Of a stretch of DNA of 64,000 bases, positions 15,700 through 29,140 are shown one piece after another. Position 1 is the first letter of the stretch. The number at the start of each line of letters is the position of its first letter. Below the pieces are notes generated by a model. It made no database searches, was not told where the DNA came from, and worked only from the letters and a program-made list of their open reading frames with translations. This DNA is from the human T2T-CHM13v2.0 reference genome, Homo sapiens: assembly GCF_009914755.1 (NCBI RefSeq), contig NC_060944.1, one strand, 5' to 3'. The translations under genes were made by a program, and so were the position numbers.

Positions 15700-15940
15700 T
15701 TTTGTCATGCATTTATTCAGTGAACATATCTGAGCATCTACTGTGTACCAGGCACTGGGGTTCTAGCAGGGTCCATTTATGTTCTTTCACTCTCAGTACC
15801 AAGCCCAGTGCTTGGCATATGGTAGGTGCATAATTTACATTTGTTGGATGGATGGATGGATTGATGACAGACAGATGAATGTATGAATGTGCAGATGGAT
15901 GGATGGATGGGTAGGTGGGGAGGTGGGTGGATGGATGTGT
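15700..15940. repeat. L2 3'-end fragments with a (TGGA)n-like tail
   Basis: cccagtgcttggcatatggtaggtgc... followed by degenerate GGAT repeats at 15846-15937. Confidence 0.65.
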
Positions 15941-18900
15941 GGAATAAGCTCTACACAGAAGGGTGTAGGCTTATAAAGAAGATATAGTTGCCATCTCAAA
16001 GGTGTCCATCCTCTAGGAAGACTTTGCTTATGCCACCCTATACTGTAGTTACACAAGTGGAAGGAGCAAGGGATGGGAGTAGGAAGAGAGAGTTAGGGAG
16101 GCAGGTGTTACATCTGGCTGGGGCATTTCAGGCAGAACATTAGGGGAAACCCTTCCCAACCACCTCAAGTCCAGCAGGAGAAGCAGTGCCCATCCCGACA
16201 CTTCATGAAAATAATCAGCCCAAGCGTCCTTGTTAGGGGTGACCACAGGGCCTCAGGGGCCCCTGGGGTGGGCCCTGTCATCATCTGGTTAGGCCAAGGT
16301 GCCTTCAGAACAGCAATGCTTCAAGGTGTCCACCGAGGCAGTGGGTCCACTGTGCTTTAGCAGGTCACGGCAGGTGGACACACTTCAGAGTGCCCACTTC
16401 ATCAGGCCACCCCACTGCAGAATCCTCAGCCCACTGGGCTTCAGCCTCCACATGCCGCCTTTCAGCTCATGCATCATGCACCCCTCTTCCATGTGGGCCC
16501 CTCCTTCCCCACCTGCACACGTCCTCAGCAGGTGCACACCAAATCAGGTGCTGTCAGTGCCTAGACCCACCTAATCAGATCCAGTTCCAGCCCACCCTGG
16601 ACACAGAAAGCCAGGCCAGATCCACTGCCTTAAAATCCAGTCTCATTTTTAGTAACTGGAACACTGAGGCAGGTGGGTGCCTCCCAGGGCCCTCCCGTGT
16701 CCCGGTAGAATGGCTGGAGACCGAGTGTCCCCATACATGGATGGCGCAGCCACATTCAGCTGAGGATTGGAACCTGCTCAAAATGTTTGTTTCCTGTTTA
16801 ATCGGTGGTAATAAAAAGTCATGGATTCCAACCAAAATACATTCCACTCCTTCAGCCCTGGTTTGTCAAAATTGCTTCTCTCTGAAGCTCCAACCTCAGG
16901 GCTGTGGGAGCCTGTGGTTGACTGGCAGGCTGATCGCGCACAATATCGGGTCAGAATCACCCCATTGGCCTCCACCTGCCAACCTTGGAAAGAAATTCAA
17001 GGTAAGGACAAGTGAGTCTAAAAGTGCAGCTCTTCCTCCCAATCCCTCTCAAAACTCAAGTTTTGACTTCTGAGCTGTGAATAAGGATCTCATTGAGCCA
17101 AAGTTCCTTAAGGTTTTTTGCTGCACCCACAGGGGATCGTGTGCAGGCTAGGAGGGTTGCCATGGAACTTCAGCAGCCAACCACGAGGAAGGGAGGGGGA
17201 GCTGCCGCCCAAGCAGAGGCCCCCACTTCTGGCTGGGGGCCTGCCTGGCCCTCCGCAGCCGTCTCCAGCGCTCTCCTCTCATCTGGCCCAGTTCAGGCCT
17301 GCGCCACCAGCTGCAGACAGCCTGGCCTCCCGGGGTCCCACCCACCACTCACTCACCTCCATCTCAGGACAGCCCGTCTTGGCGCCACCCCACCCTGTCC
17401 CCTGCTCCCCTGTTGCCTCCATGACCACATCTTTCCTTTCCTACAACACACAGAGCACCGCTAGGGCAGGGACTAAGATCTTTCTCCTCTCCCTTTGGAT
17501 TTAACTGACAAATGCGCCTTGGATTTCTAAGCCGATTCCCTGAGGGCTTGTGCCGCATGTATAAATCTGCAGCCAAAATGCCAGTGCCCCCAAACTGTCA
17601 GCTTCTTTTTTTTTCCCCTTTAAAGCAAACTAATCTTCCTCTGAGCTCCTGTCTTCAGGAAATCAGACTGCCACCCTTGTCAGGGGTGTCCTGGGATCGG
17701 CGGGAGTAAGGAGCCGGGAAAGCTGGCGTCTAAGGTACAATTCAACCAGCTAGCTGTGGATCCTCAGGCAAGTAAGTTCACCTCTCTGAGTCTGAGTGTC
17801 CTGGTGTATAAAGTAGGAATGATTGTGCATGTACGCACACACATGCCCGAGATAATGGGTTACAGTGCTTTGTAGTTTGAGGCAGAGGCTCAGTATGAGC
17901 TATTGCGCTAATAATTGCAACAGAAAACTGAGGCGTATTTTCACATTTCTGTTTTGGGTTGTGTCTCCTCTGTGTTCCCTTTCCCTCCATACGTCTTCTT
18001 CTGAAGGTCAATTCCACAATCAGTTACCAGAAGTGGCAAGACTGCCGGAGCTGTAATCCCAGCTAAGAAGTGGCTGGCCATGGCTCTGAGTGACGGCTTC
18101 ACAAACCTCACCGCATTCCGTTCTATAGCAGTCTCTGAGCTGCGAGCCAGGGCTCTCACCATCCCCACTAGACAGCTGAGCATACTGAGGGTCAGACGGA
18201 TGAAAGGACGCGCTCAGCATGCGCCACTGCTAAGCCGCAGATGAAACCCACACTCAGATCCAGGACGCAGGAGGGAGGAGCGGCACAGAAAGAAATAGGA
18301 GCTGCCTTCAGGTTCAAAGCACAATTGTTTTGCTTTTGTTTTTAGACCTCGTGCAAAATGAACAAAACTCATCCAGAACGATGTCCACAGGCCCCTGATG
18401 GCTCCCCAGGCCTCACTGAAGCAGGGAAGGGTGAGCATCTCGGTCCACTTCCCCTGAGAATCCAAATTCCTGTTTCTTTTCTTTCTTTTTTGTCTTTACT
18501 TATTCCAAATATGTTCAAAATGGAACTATGAAATGCCATATTTTATCTAAATAAGTAATTTTTAAAATGCCATCTTAGAAGAGCTTCTAAACATTTCCAA
18601 AGGCCTTTCAAACTTTCTCCCTGAAAGGCTTTGTACCAGGCAACCAAATCCTTCCGGACTTGTTGAATGCGGAGAGTGAGAGAGCCAGTGAGTGGTGCTG
18701 GTGTTGTCTCTTTGCTTCCTCCTTCCTCCTCCCCTCACCGGCCCCCACCAATCTGTCCGGTGGATGCTGAGTGATCATTTTGCGGATGGCTTGGAACTTG
18801 GCTTCTCGAGGGGAAGCTGGTATGAGAAAATGAGAATCTCATTCAGATGGGCTTGCAGTTTTTATTCCCCTAGCGAATTATTTTCTTATTTCCATCCCCC

Positions 18901-20097
18901 TTGATTCCTTTGCAAAAAACTGCAGCCGTCTTTCCTCCCTTCTTTGCCTTAGTTGAATTAACTTAATTAGGGCACTTGCTTTTGACAACGCTGGGAGATT
19001 TTTAGCTACCGAACTGTCCTCAGGAGACCACAGGAAGGCTGACGCACTGTCTGCAATTATCAAGCTAATCACTCAGAACACACTCGTTTGTTTTATGTAT
19101 TTATATCTTGGGATATAAACCTTCATTTCCATTTTTCTTTCGTTCTGCTGTGTGTGCCAGGCAGAGTGAGGCACTGTGGGCAAGAGAAGAGCCCTGCCCT
19201 TATGGAGAGCAGCTGGCCAGACAGACATTAAACACATGATAATACACAGAAACATGTGATTACAGGGAGTGAAGAATGCAACAAAGAAATAATACTTTGA
19301 AATATCGCCTTCTCTTTCTGGACTTCTTTGGAATACAGCCAGTCAGAGCATAGCTCTAAGACCAAGAGTAAGCAATGCCTTTTGAAATATTCTGTTTGAA
19401 ATCAGAGCCCTTCCCCACTGCAGTCAATTGCGGGCACAAATATTCCTTTTGTTCACAGACCACATCCTGTGTTCCCCAGGGCCTCACCCTGAGCTGATCC
19501 CAGGATGACCTAGAAGAGGCATGTTTTACTGAAATCGTTTCTAAAACTTACACTAAAGCTACAATATCTGAACGCATGGTAAGGACACACATTTTGAAGT
19601 TTCTCTTTGGGTCACAGGTGTGCTGCTTTCTACATCAATTTGTCAGGAAGACAAATCTTTTAGTGTCGGGAAGAAAAGCAGCAAGATGAAAAAGAAAAAA
19701 AAAAGAAGATATTTCAAGATCAGATTCTTCATCCTACTTTTCTGACTTGCCAGAAGCTAACGACATCTTTCCTAGCAGTGACTGGCAACCACTCTGAAAA
19801 CTTCACCAAATTATTACTCCTTTATTTTTTTGAAAAAACAGGCAAGTGTATTTAGTTGTCATTGGTTACAACCAAATTTCTCTAAATATTTCAGTGCATC
19901 TCAAAATACTATATTGATAAGTTCAAGTCATAAAAAACTGCATTAGGAGTTTTGGAAAATTTACTGGTAGGATTATGCATGTTTTTCTTCCATTTGAGTT
20001 CTCCTCTGAATGCATGTTTATTTAAAGAAAAATTGTGGTATTTGGAAGATTGAAGACTGACTTCTAAACTGTGCTGACTTCAGGAAGACCTACTTTT

Positions 20098-20488
<391 letters not shown>

Positions 20489-21054
20489 TCAAAACCACAG
20501 ATACACACGCTGACAGAGCTATTCCTTTTTAGTCCTTTGCTTGGCCCAGGAGAGTCCCCAGTGGGGACTAGTCAATTTTCAGCACCTCCCCAGTGCTGCC
20601 ACCACCCTTTTTAATAGAGAGAGTGAGCAGCTACGGCACCAAACTGGAATTTCGTAACATCAGCTTTCATTATTTTTATGACCATTGCCTTCCACATAGG
20701 TCAAATGGCACTGGTTTTTCACTTATGGTCATGACTTGAAGCTTCCTTTTTAAAATAACTGTATGTTTTCAAAAGTGTGTAAATGTAAAAGAAAGGATTA
20801 AGTAAATAATGGCACGATATGGCAGGTGAGATGCAAATGGCAGGTTTGGGGAAAAGGGCAATCGATAAAAATAAAGGCAGCTTGGCTCTCCCGCTCTCCC
20901 AGCGCTGCAGCTCAGAGGAAAACTAAAATTAATTCCTTTTGCAGCATGACGGGGAAAAAAAGCATCCAGAAGGAAATTCATCAAACCATTAAAAGTGATC
21001 TCCCCCAGGGAAGGGGCTTGCAGGCAGGGGGAACACATTCACATTTCGCTTTAA

Positions 21055-21640
21055 ACACATCTGGATTATTTGAATTTTTGTATTGCATAGAAGTTAACCC
21101 TTTGTCTGACTTCTTGGTTATAAATGTTTTTCTTGGAATGCCTTTTGTTTATTGCCTTTGTGATCTCTTGGGCAGGCAAAACTTCTCAACTTCATAAAAT
21201 AAAATAAAAAATCCATCTTTTCTTTATAGCTTCTGGGTTTCCAGTCTCCCTGGCCCCTAGATTGTAACTGCAGTATCACACATTTCTTGCAATACTATTA
21301 TGATTATTGTGTTACTTGTAAGTATTTAATTCCTCTAGAGTTGATTTCTGTATCCATGGACCATTGGTTCCATTTTCATGTTCTCCCATTTGTCAAAGGG
21401 TTCATCCATCCTCCTGTCTTGAACATCAGCTCTCTCCGTATATACCTTCTGAGTTATAAGGACAGTTCCACTTCACTTCCTGCTTCACTAATCTAGTCCC
21501 TGTCACGACACCAAAACTGACTTGGTTACAGGACCTTTAGAGCCTATACTAATACCTGGATAGGTAAATCCTCCATCACTCTTCTCATTTTCCACATTTC
21601 CTAGCTATTCTGAGGGCATCTCTTCTTCCATATGAACTCT
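21055..21640 (-). mobile_element. Old L1 (L1ME-like) ORF2 3' fragment
   Basis: ttaaccctttgtctga...catcttttctttatagcttctgggttt...cctagctattc...ttcttccatatgaact. Confidence 0.6.
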
Positions 21641-21713
21641 AAGATTATATTTTTATTTGAGTATGCATTATTTCAATAATTTAAAAAATAAAATATTTTA
21701 TTATTAAAAAGGT

Positions 21714-22015
21714 GGCCAGGTGTGGTGGCTTATGCCTGTAACTCCAGCACTTTGGGAGGCCAAGTCGGGTGGATCACTTGAGGTCAGGAGTTCGAGACCA
21801 ACCTGGCCAACATGGCGAAACCCTGTGTCTACTAAAAATACAAAAATTAGCTGGGTGTGGTGGCGAGCGCCTGTAATTCCAGCTACTCAGGAGGCTGAGG
21901 CAAGAGAATTGCTTGAACCTGGGAGGCGGAGGTTGCAGTGAGCCGAGATTGTGCCACTACACTCCAGCCTGGGCGACAGAGCGAGACTCTGTCTTTAAAA
22001 AAAAAAAAAAAAAAA
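21714..22015 (+). mobile_element. AluSx-like
   Basis: Full dimer, A19 tail. Confidence 0.96.
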
Positions 22016-22049
22016 CTCCTTGTCCAAAAAAAAAAAAAAGTGGGGGGAG

Positions 22050-22660
22050 GCGGCACCACCAGATGCTGGTGAGGATTGGAGTACCGAGAGCTCTCACCCC
22101 TGGTTGGTGGGAATGCAAAATGGTGCAGCCACTTTGGAAGACAGTTTCACAGCTTCTTGCAAAGTTACACATATTCTTTCCATACCACACAGCAATTGTG
22201 CTCCCTGATATTTACCCAGAGGATTTGTTTAGAGCAGCTTTCATCATAATTGCCAAAACTTAGAATCCACCGCGATGTCCTTGGGTTGGTGAATGGATGA
22301 ACTGTAGTACATCCAGGCACTGGAATTTTATTCAGTACTAAGAAAGGAACAAGCTATCGAGATAGGAAAAGATGTGGAGGAAACCGACGGCATGTTACTA
22401 AGTGAAAGAAGTCAGTCTGAAAAGCACACACTGTATGGTTCCAACTCTATGGCCACACTAAGGAGGCACAAAACAAAGAAAAGATGCGCAAAAGACAAAA
22501 ACAAACACAATTAGGGAGGCGAGTGTCCCGCTCTGGTGGGGGATGTTGATAGTGAGGGAGGCCGTGCCTGTGTGGAGGCAGGGGGTTTATGGAAAATCTC
22601 TGCACCTTCTACTCAGTTTTGCTGTGAACTTGAAACTGCTCTTAAAAAAATAAGGTCTTT
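22050..22660 (+). mobile_element. L1MC 3' end
   Basis: gggaatgcaaaatggtgcagccactttggaagacag...ctctggtgggggatgttgatag...ggaaaatctctgcaccttctactcagttttgctgtgaac. Confidence 0.82.
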
Positions 22661-24619
22661 TTTTTAAAGGGAGGGAGGGATCTTTTAAATTGTCTCTTTC
22701 TTGTATATCAAAAGCTAAGCTATGCCAGCATCTGAAACAGAAAGTGGCTGAGGGTACCTCTGTCACTTGGACCTCTTCTGCTCACAGCCTCCCTGAACTG
22801 GTGGCCAGGGAAGGCAGTGGGAGGAGAGGACCAAGTCTCAAACTCCAGAAGCCCCACCTCCCTGAGCTCAGCTCCTCTGCCAAGCCCCCTCAGGTAAGCC
22901 AGCAGGGAGGCGGTGGGGGCTCTATAGAGTGAGCACTTCTCAGCCAGTTACCTGGCTAGGAGCCCAGCAATTCTTGCTAGAACCCCGCGGATGTGGTGCC
23001 AGTTTGAATAAGAGTCAGCTCTGGCTGATTCTTGCAGACAAAGTGAGGTGGAGCTCTCTCTTTGAGCGTTCTACTATGCACAGGACTGCAGGTGGGAAAT
23101 CGCTGTCAGGAAGGACAGAGGGAGGAAAACGTTGACAGCGCAGATAAAAGGGGTCAAGTTCACGGGACTTTGACCATGTCCCAGGCATTGTGCTGTGCCT
23201 GCACTCCTGTCATCCCCCCATTCTACAGACAACTATTCAGAGAGATTAATTCTTTCACCCATGACCACCCAGCTTACGGGGGCACTTGGAGCTCACCTGT
23301 CGGCTCCAACCCCTTCTCACTGCTCAGTGCAAGAGTAAGGAAATACACTGCCGGCCCCACCCTGGAGGAAAATACTCGGCTCTGAATCTGCACCTCTCCC
23401 AAGTAGGTATTTACAAACAAAAGAACTCAGCGCTCCCGGCCATGAGTGTTGCAAATACATACACAAAAATGACTGAGCCTGATTCATCATTTGAGAACCA
23501 AAGGGGATAAGGCTGCATTAACTATGAGAGTTTGCGTCTTCCAGCAGACAAAACAAAAAATGAGAGCCACTCTTTCTAAATGTTTTTGTATCCAACCCAG
23601 TTCCTTCCAATTTTTTGCCATTGTTTAAAAGATGTTGAAGCTTCCAAGTGCACAGCTCAGGAAAGTTTTCATCATGTCTCATCCTGTGTGTTGCAGCGCG
23701 AAGTCCTCGTCCAGAGAAGGCAACGGCGAGAAACAAATCCAACATCCTGGGCTGCTTTTTCCTTCCCCCACTTTTTAAAAGTTTGGTGTCCAAGTCACTT
23801 GACAAACCCAGACCCTAACAATGACATTTTGTGTAGAATTCTGGGATCAAAATATAATTTCAAAAATAATATATTTTCTGACATCCCCCAAGAAAAAAAG
23901 TACTGGTTTCTTCCCCCTAAAAGGATTTAGATGGAATAACATCTGTGCTGAGAATATTGTGAATATGTTGAACTGACAGGCAGTCTCTAAGGCACTCCGC
24001 TCATTAATGTGCTGTGCATAAAATTAAAACTTGAAATATATTTTTAAATCCATTTTGAATCATTTAAGCAAAGAAACTATTGTGCTGAAATAATATATTT
24101 GGAGCAAGGAATATGAAAGCTATTAAAATGTCTTAGACCTCCTGCCTTTCATGGGAGAGGAAGAAGGGGGGAAATGCTCTCTCTGATTTGAAACAGGCTT
24201 TGCATAAAATATACCCACCCCACCTCACCATCTCCCAAAAAAAAATCTACTCTGAAGTAACACTAAGAGTTTCACTTAAATCCACAGGAGCCAAGGAACA
24301 CGAAGTTGGGTCTTTATATTTCTCCTGCTTCCACTGTGCATAGCTGAGCTGGGGAGCAGCTCAATGAGGGCTGTGAGGGCCCAGGTATGGTGGGCACCTT
24401 CCCTGGGTCTGCAGCATTCACGGCTGTGAGCAAGAAACCCTAAAGGAGGGAGGAAGGGAAGACAAAGACACAAAGATAGGGCCTTGTTTTGCTCCCGCCT
24501 TGTCCTGATTTCTGCAAACATTTTGAACACTCAGGATGCCAATTAATTCGTGGGTTCTTTGGAGCCCGTTGGCATGAGTGTGTGCTGGGAACAGCAGCCT
24601 GACAATTCCCCAACAACCC

Positions 24620-25190
24620 CCGTTCTCTCACTCGTTGTCTCATTCATCTGTCTATCAAATATGTGTTGAGTGCCAACCAAGAGCCATCACTGTCCTGGAT
24701 TCTGAGAGTTCAGTGTTGCGAAAACTCAACTGTGAAAACCTGCTAGGAAGGCACGCTGTCGGAAGAGGACAGGGTGGCACCAAGAAATGGGGTGGGCATC
24801 TGGCCTGGTCTGGGAAGGCTTCCTGGAGGAAGTGACAGCAGAGTTGTATTCTAAGGGAAGAGGAAGAAACGGAGAGTGTACGCCAGGCATGGGGGTGGCA
24901 AGTGCAAAGGCGCTGAGGTGGGAATTTGCCTGAAGTGTTTCCTAGATGGGAAGGCGGCCAGTGTGGCAGGAGCACAGATTGTGAGGAGGGGCTGAGAGAG
25001 TGGAAGGGAGAGTCAAGGTAAATGGGTCAGCCCAGGTAGGGCCTGTGTCCACCATGAGAAGCCTCGCCCTTACCCTAAGAGCAAACACGTTGCCCTCAGC
25101 AAGCACAGGCAGCTCATGACTGTCCAGCCCTCTCTGCCAGGTGGAGGGCAGTGGAAGGGGTTGTGCATCCATGCAGGGCTGGGTGGAAGC
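24620..25190 (-). mobile_element. L2 fragment
   Basis: tcaaatatgtgttgagtgcca...gggaaggcttcctggaggaagtgaca...gcaagtgcaaaggcgctgaggtggga. Confidence 0.7.
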
Positions 25191-27904
25191 TGACCAGGTT
25201 AGGGAGGGGGTATGAACTCGCTACTTCCCACGCCAGTGCCTGTGTCCATGGTTCCCTCTGCCAGGGCCTCCATCCTCCTAGTCCCCATCCTTTGTGTCTC
25301 AGATACAGCAGCACGTCCCCTTGACCACTCAGCTGTGCCAGGACAGGGCAGATCTTCAAGGAAGCTCTGTGCCCCTCCTTCAATGCCCATGTGGAACTGG
25401 ACACCACCTTCCACCCCGCAGGCCGGGAGCCCCTGGAGTCTCAGGCTGGGGCATATATACCACCATTCCCTCATCACCCCCTGTACCCCATGGGGCCCAC
25501 CACCCACTGGGGCTGACAGAAAGAAAGATTCGTAACAATGGGACCATGTTAACTTGCTTGCTGCTGTACATGCACATGTGACACTCACAAATATTTGTGA
25601 ATGAATGCGTGAATCAATGAAAGGATGAATGAATGAATTTCACTGTGAACTGAACTAAACTGGACAAAGCACAGAGTTGTGCACCTTTAAAGCTTCCAGA
25701 ACAGATGACAGCGAGGATGTCTGACACTTCTCTGGTTAGGAAGCTGAGGTTCTAGGAGACTGCCAAGTTGCCAGAGCCACCTGTGATCACCTGACCACAC
25801 CTGCAGCACCACAAGCACCACGCATTCCCTCTCTGTGGCCCAATTCTTCATGCACCTGCTATCACCAACCTCCAATCTCCAGCACCTCCCACAGGGTCTT
25901 GTCCTCTATCGTCCCCACTTCCCTGCCACTAAGACCCTGAAACTCACTGTCACCACTAGCAGCCCATTGAGAGAGAGATTCAGTCACAGCCCAGGAGGGT
26001 GCCCAGAAATCCACCGTGAGGTTGCAGCAACGTGATTTGGCAGAAGAGCAAGGAGTGGGAGAGATCGGAGATGCCCTCCTGGGCCAGTGAGGCAACTGGC
26101 TAGGGTGGGTGCCTTTACACTGTAGAGGCAGGTTCCCTGTGCTCACCAGACCTGGGTGAACCCTTTATTTCACTGATTTTAAAATACACGTTATTTCACA
26201 ATTTAACTTCTCTGAGATTGAGATGCAACTCATGACTGATTGATGGATATTGGGTTTAAAGGCCCAAGTGATGACAGACACCTGGATGGCCTGGGAGGTT
26301 CACTTTCTCCCTCTTTTTCGAGGTGAGTAAGGAGCTAGCTCCACACGACTGAGTTGTCTCCAGGGAAAACAGACTGATACCAGCTGCTGGGCACGAGGCC
26401 GCCTGCTCTACAAGGTCACTAATTGTGGATTAGACACCCCTTGGCCTCCATCCCTATGTGTGGGTAGAGCATTACAGGGCAGGATCCTCTGCCTGAGCCC
26501 TTTCTGAGGTGCTCCACATCCAGCTGTGCCCAGCCCTGCACACCTCCCATGCAGCAGCAGGAGCTCAGGGATCATGTGTGCCTGGCTACTTCTCCACCAA
26601 GTCTTCCTGCAGCAAAGTCAACTTCAAGTGCACTAATATGCAAGCCCCCTTTCCACGCCATGGTATTTTTATGGTACATAAGGCAATAGTGTTTAATAAC
26701 CGAAGACATTTTAGATTTTATTATAGGCAGTAATCAGCTGTCCTGGGCCAGTAGCACAGCCATCTTGTTTCCTCATCTGCTTTATGGGATAATGTCCACC
26801 TTGGATTCATTTTAAAACTCCAGAGTATTGCAGGTGCACGATGCTGGCACATAGTAAGTGCCCAACCAATATTGACGATCCTGGATGAAGAACCCTTGGC
26901 TCTTCTTTAACTTGGGCTGCAGCAATTAAAATTTGCAATCCTGTATAGAAAATGCCAATGCTTTTTTCTAGTCTTTCCCGGAATTTTTTTCTGAAATCCC
27001 TGTATCCTGGGGAAGCTCTGCAGAGAAATAATGTCTGCCATTTTACAAGTAAAATGAATGACATAAGAGAGCCCAGTGCAAATTGAGATGCTTTCTGCAC
27101 CAGGCTGGGCAGGTTCCTAGGAAGAGTCGCAACATTCCAGGCAGATATTTCCGGGAAGATCCCCAAGGCAGGTGAAATCTCAGAGTCCTGCGTAATTTTC
27201 CCTTGGCAACAGTCATGCATTTCTCCCCTAACATCTCCATCTTTCAGTCTTTCTCTCCTTCCTATTTCTAATATTTGTACCTTCAGGGAAGGCCCATTCG
27301 TGAAACATAACCCATGCACTTCACATGCATGAGGCTTGGTGAGGACGTGGCCCTCTCTGTTCAGGAAGATGCTACCACCCTCCCGTGGCACGGGTTGGTC
27401 TCTGTCCTAAGACGTTTCATGTGCCGAGTCGCTGGCTCCTCCCTGAGCCCTGAGGTGGGTACCATTATCATGCCCACGTTATGGGGACAACCGAGGTTGA
27501 AAGAGACTAGGGGGCTGGCCTGAGTGCTCGCAGCCAGGGGCTGGCAGGGCTGGGATATGGAGCCAGGTTCGTGAGGCTGAAGGACCCCACCCTGGAGCCA
27601 TCAAACCATACTCAGCCCCTCCTCCACGCTGCACCCTCAGCTCCTGGGGGAGGTCGGAGTGTATTGAGCCAGGACAGTCCCAGTCATGGAGTTTGTCTAA
27701 CCATTCACAGGCTGCTCACATCCCTCCCAGAGCCTGTTATGCTGGGCGTTTGGTTTGTATGTTTTGTTTGAGGTCTCCTCCCTCAAGGAAGATTTGCTGG
27801 ATTTAGAAACCTGGACCAGGGGCCCCTTCTCACTGTGCCCATGAGATTCTGTCCAGGCACTCAGCAGTCTGTACTGTGGGTGTTAGTATCCGTGTGTGCC
27901 CCTG

Positions 27905-28350
27905 AATTGGTTTGCTAGGGCTGCCCTAACACATTAACACAAACTGAATGGCTCAAAACAACAGAGATTTCTTCCCTCACATTCGTGGGGCTGGAAGTAC
28001 AAAATCCAGCCTTCAGCAGGGCCGTGCTCCCTCCAGAGCCTCCAGGGGAAGATCCTTCCCACCCTCTTCCAGCTTCTGGGGGTTGCCGGCAATCCTTGGC
28101 TTGTGGCAGACTCACTCCAATCTCCGCTTCCATCTGTACATGGCCTTCTTCCCTGTGTGTTTGTGTCTCTGTGTCTGCACATGGTCTCCTCATAAAGACA
28201 TGTTATTGGGTTAGGAACCTGATAATCCAGTATTACCTCATTTTAATTTAACTAATTACATCTGCAAAGATCCTATTTCCAAATAAGATCACACTCACAA
28301 GTTCCAGGTGGACAGGAGTTGGGGGAGGGGCGCCATTCAACCCAGTCCAC
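27905..28350 (-). mobile_element. MaLR LTR (MLT1C-like)
   Basis: ctagggctgcc...aaaacaacagagattt...gggccgtgctccctcc...aattacatctgcaaagatcctatttccaaataag. Confidence 0.88.
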
Positions 28351-29074
28351 CCCCTTATAAGATAATTGCCTTTTGAGAGCAGAGCTGGTGCTGATTAATC
28401 TATGTTGGCTGTCACTAAGTGTCTGATAAATAATTGGATACATGCGTGCATTGAGCTTAGAAGTGCTGACTCTTACTAGCAAATGTCACAAGACTCTGAA
28501 ACCTGCCCAGCCTGTGAGTGCCTTTAACACCAAGAGGGAATCTTTGCTCCCCTCCTAGGTCTCTCTGTAAGCTGGCAGCAGAAATATCCACCCCCACCCC
28601 GGGACTGCTGTGAGTGTTGAATATAATGTGCAGGGGTTCTCAAGAGGTTTGGGGGAGAATTTTAGAAATGCTGGGGTAGGGAGCTGTTTGGGGATTATCA
28701 CAATGCTAGCACCACTTGGTGTGCAAGGGAAAAGGCTTTCCCACAACATACAAGGCAGTCAGGACCCCAAAGCAAAGTCCCCACCCCAAGGACTTGGGAA
28801 TAACCCACTGGATGTGCCTGTCAGTGAACATCCTGCTTCACATTATCTAAGCCTGGAACCACCTTCCCTTTCACACAGAAGTACAAGGTCTTCTCACACA
28901 TAAAAATCCACAATGTTTCCCGTGCCACTTTATTTGGCTTTAGTTTCTCTGAAATAAAACTGCTGGATGCATTCAGTGAAAACCAAGAGTCGTTTCACAA
29001 AATCACATCACCAACAGCAATGTCACTGTGGTAGCTGAGTGGCCAATATGCTCTACTCTGAGTCAACAGCATCT

Positions 29075-29140
29075 GGGGTGGCACAGTGTCAGGGTGGCAC
29101 AGTCACGAGGTGGCACAGTCTGGGGGGTGGCACAGTCAGG
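29075..29140. repeat. Short minisatellite, 4 copies of GGTGGCACAGT (~17-bp period)
   Basis: Four exact 11-mer cores separated by variable short spacers. Confidence 0.85.

Noticed and set aside
16390-17073. 227-aa ORF (also 26807..27391, 194 aa)
   Set aside because: No domain resemblance or convincing exon structure; partly overlaps MIR-like sequence; consistent with chance
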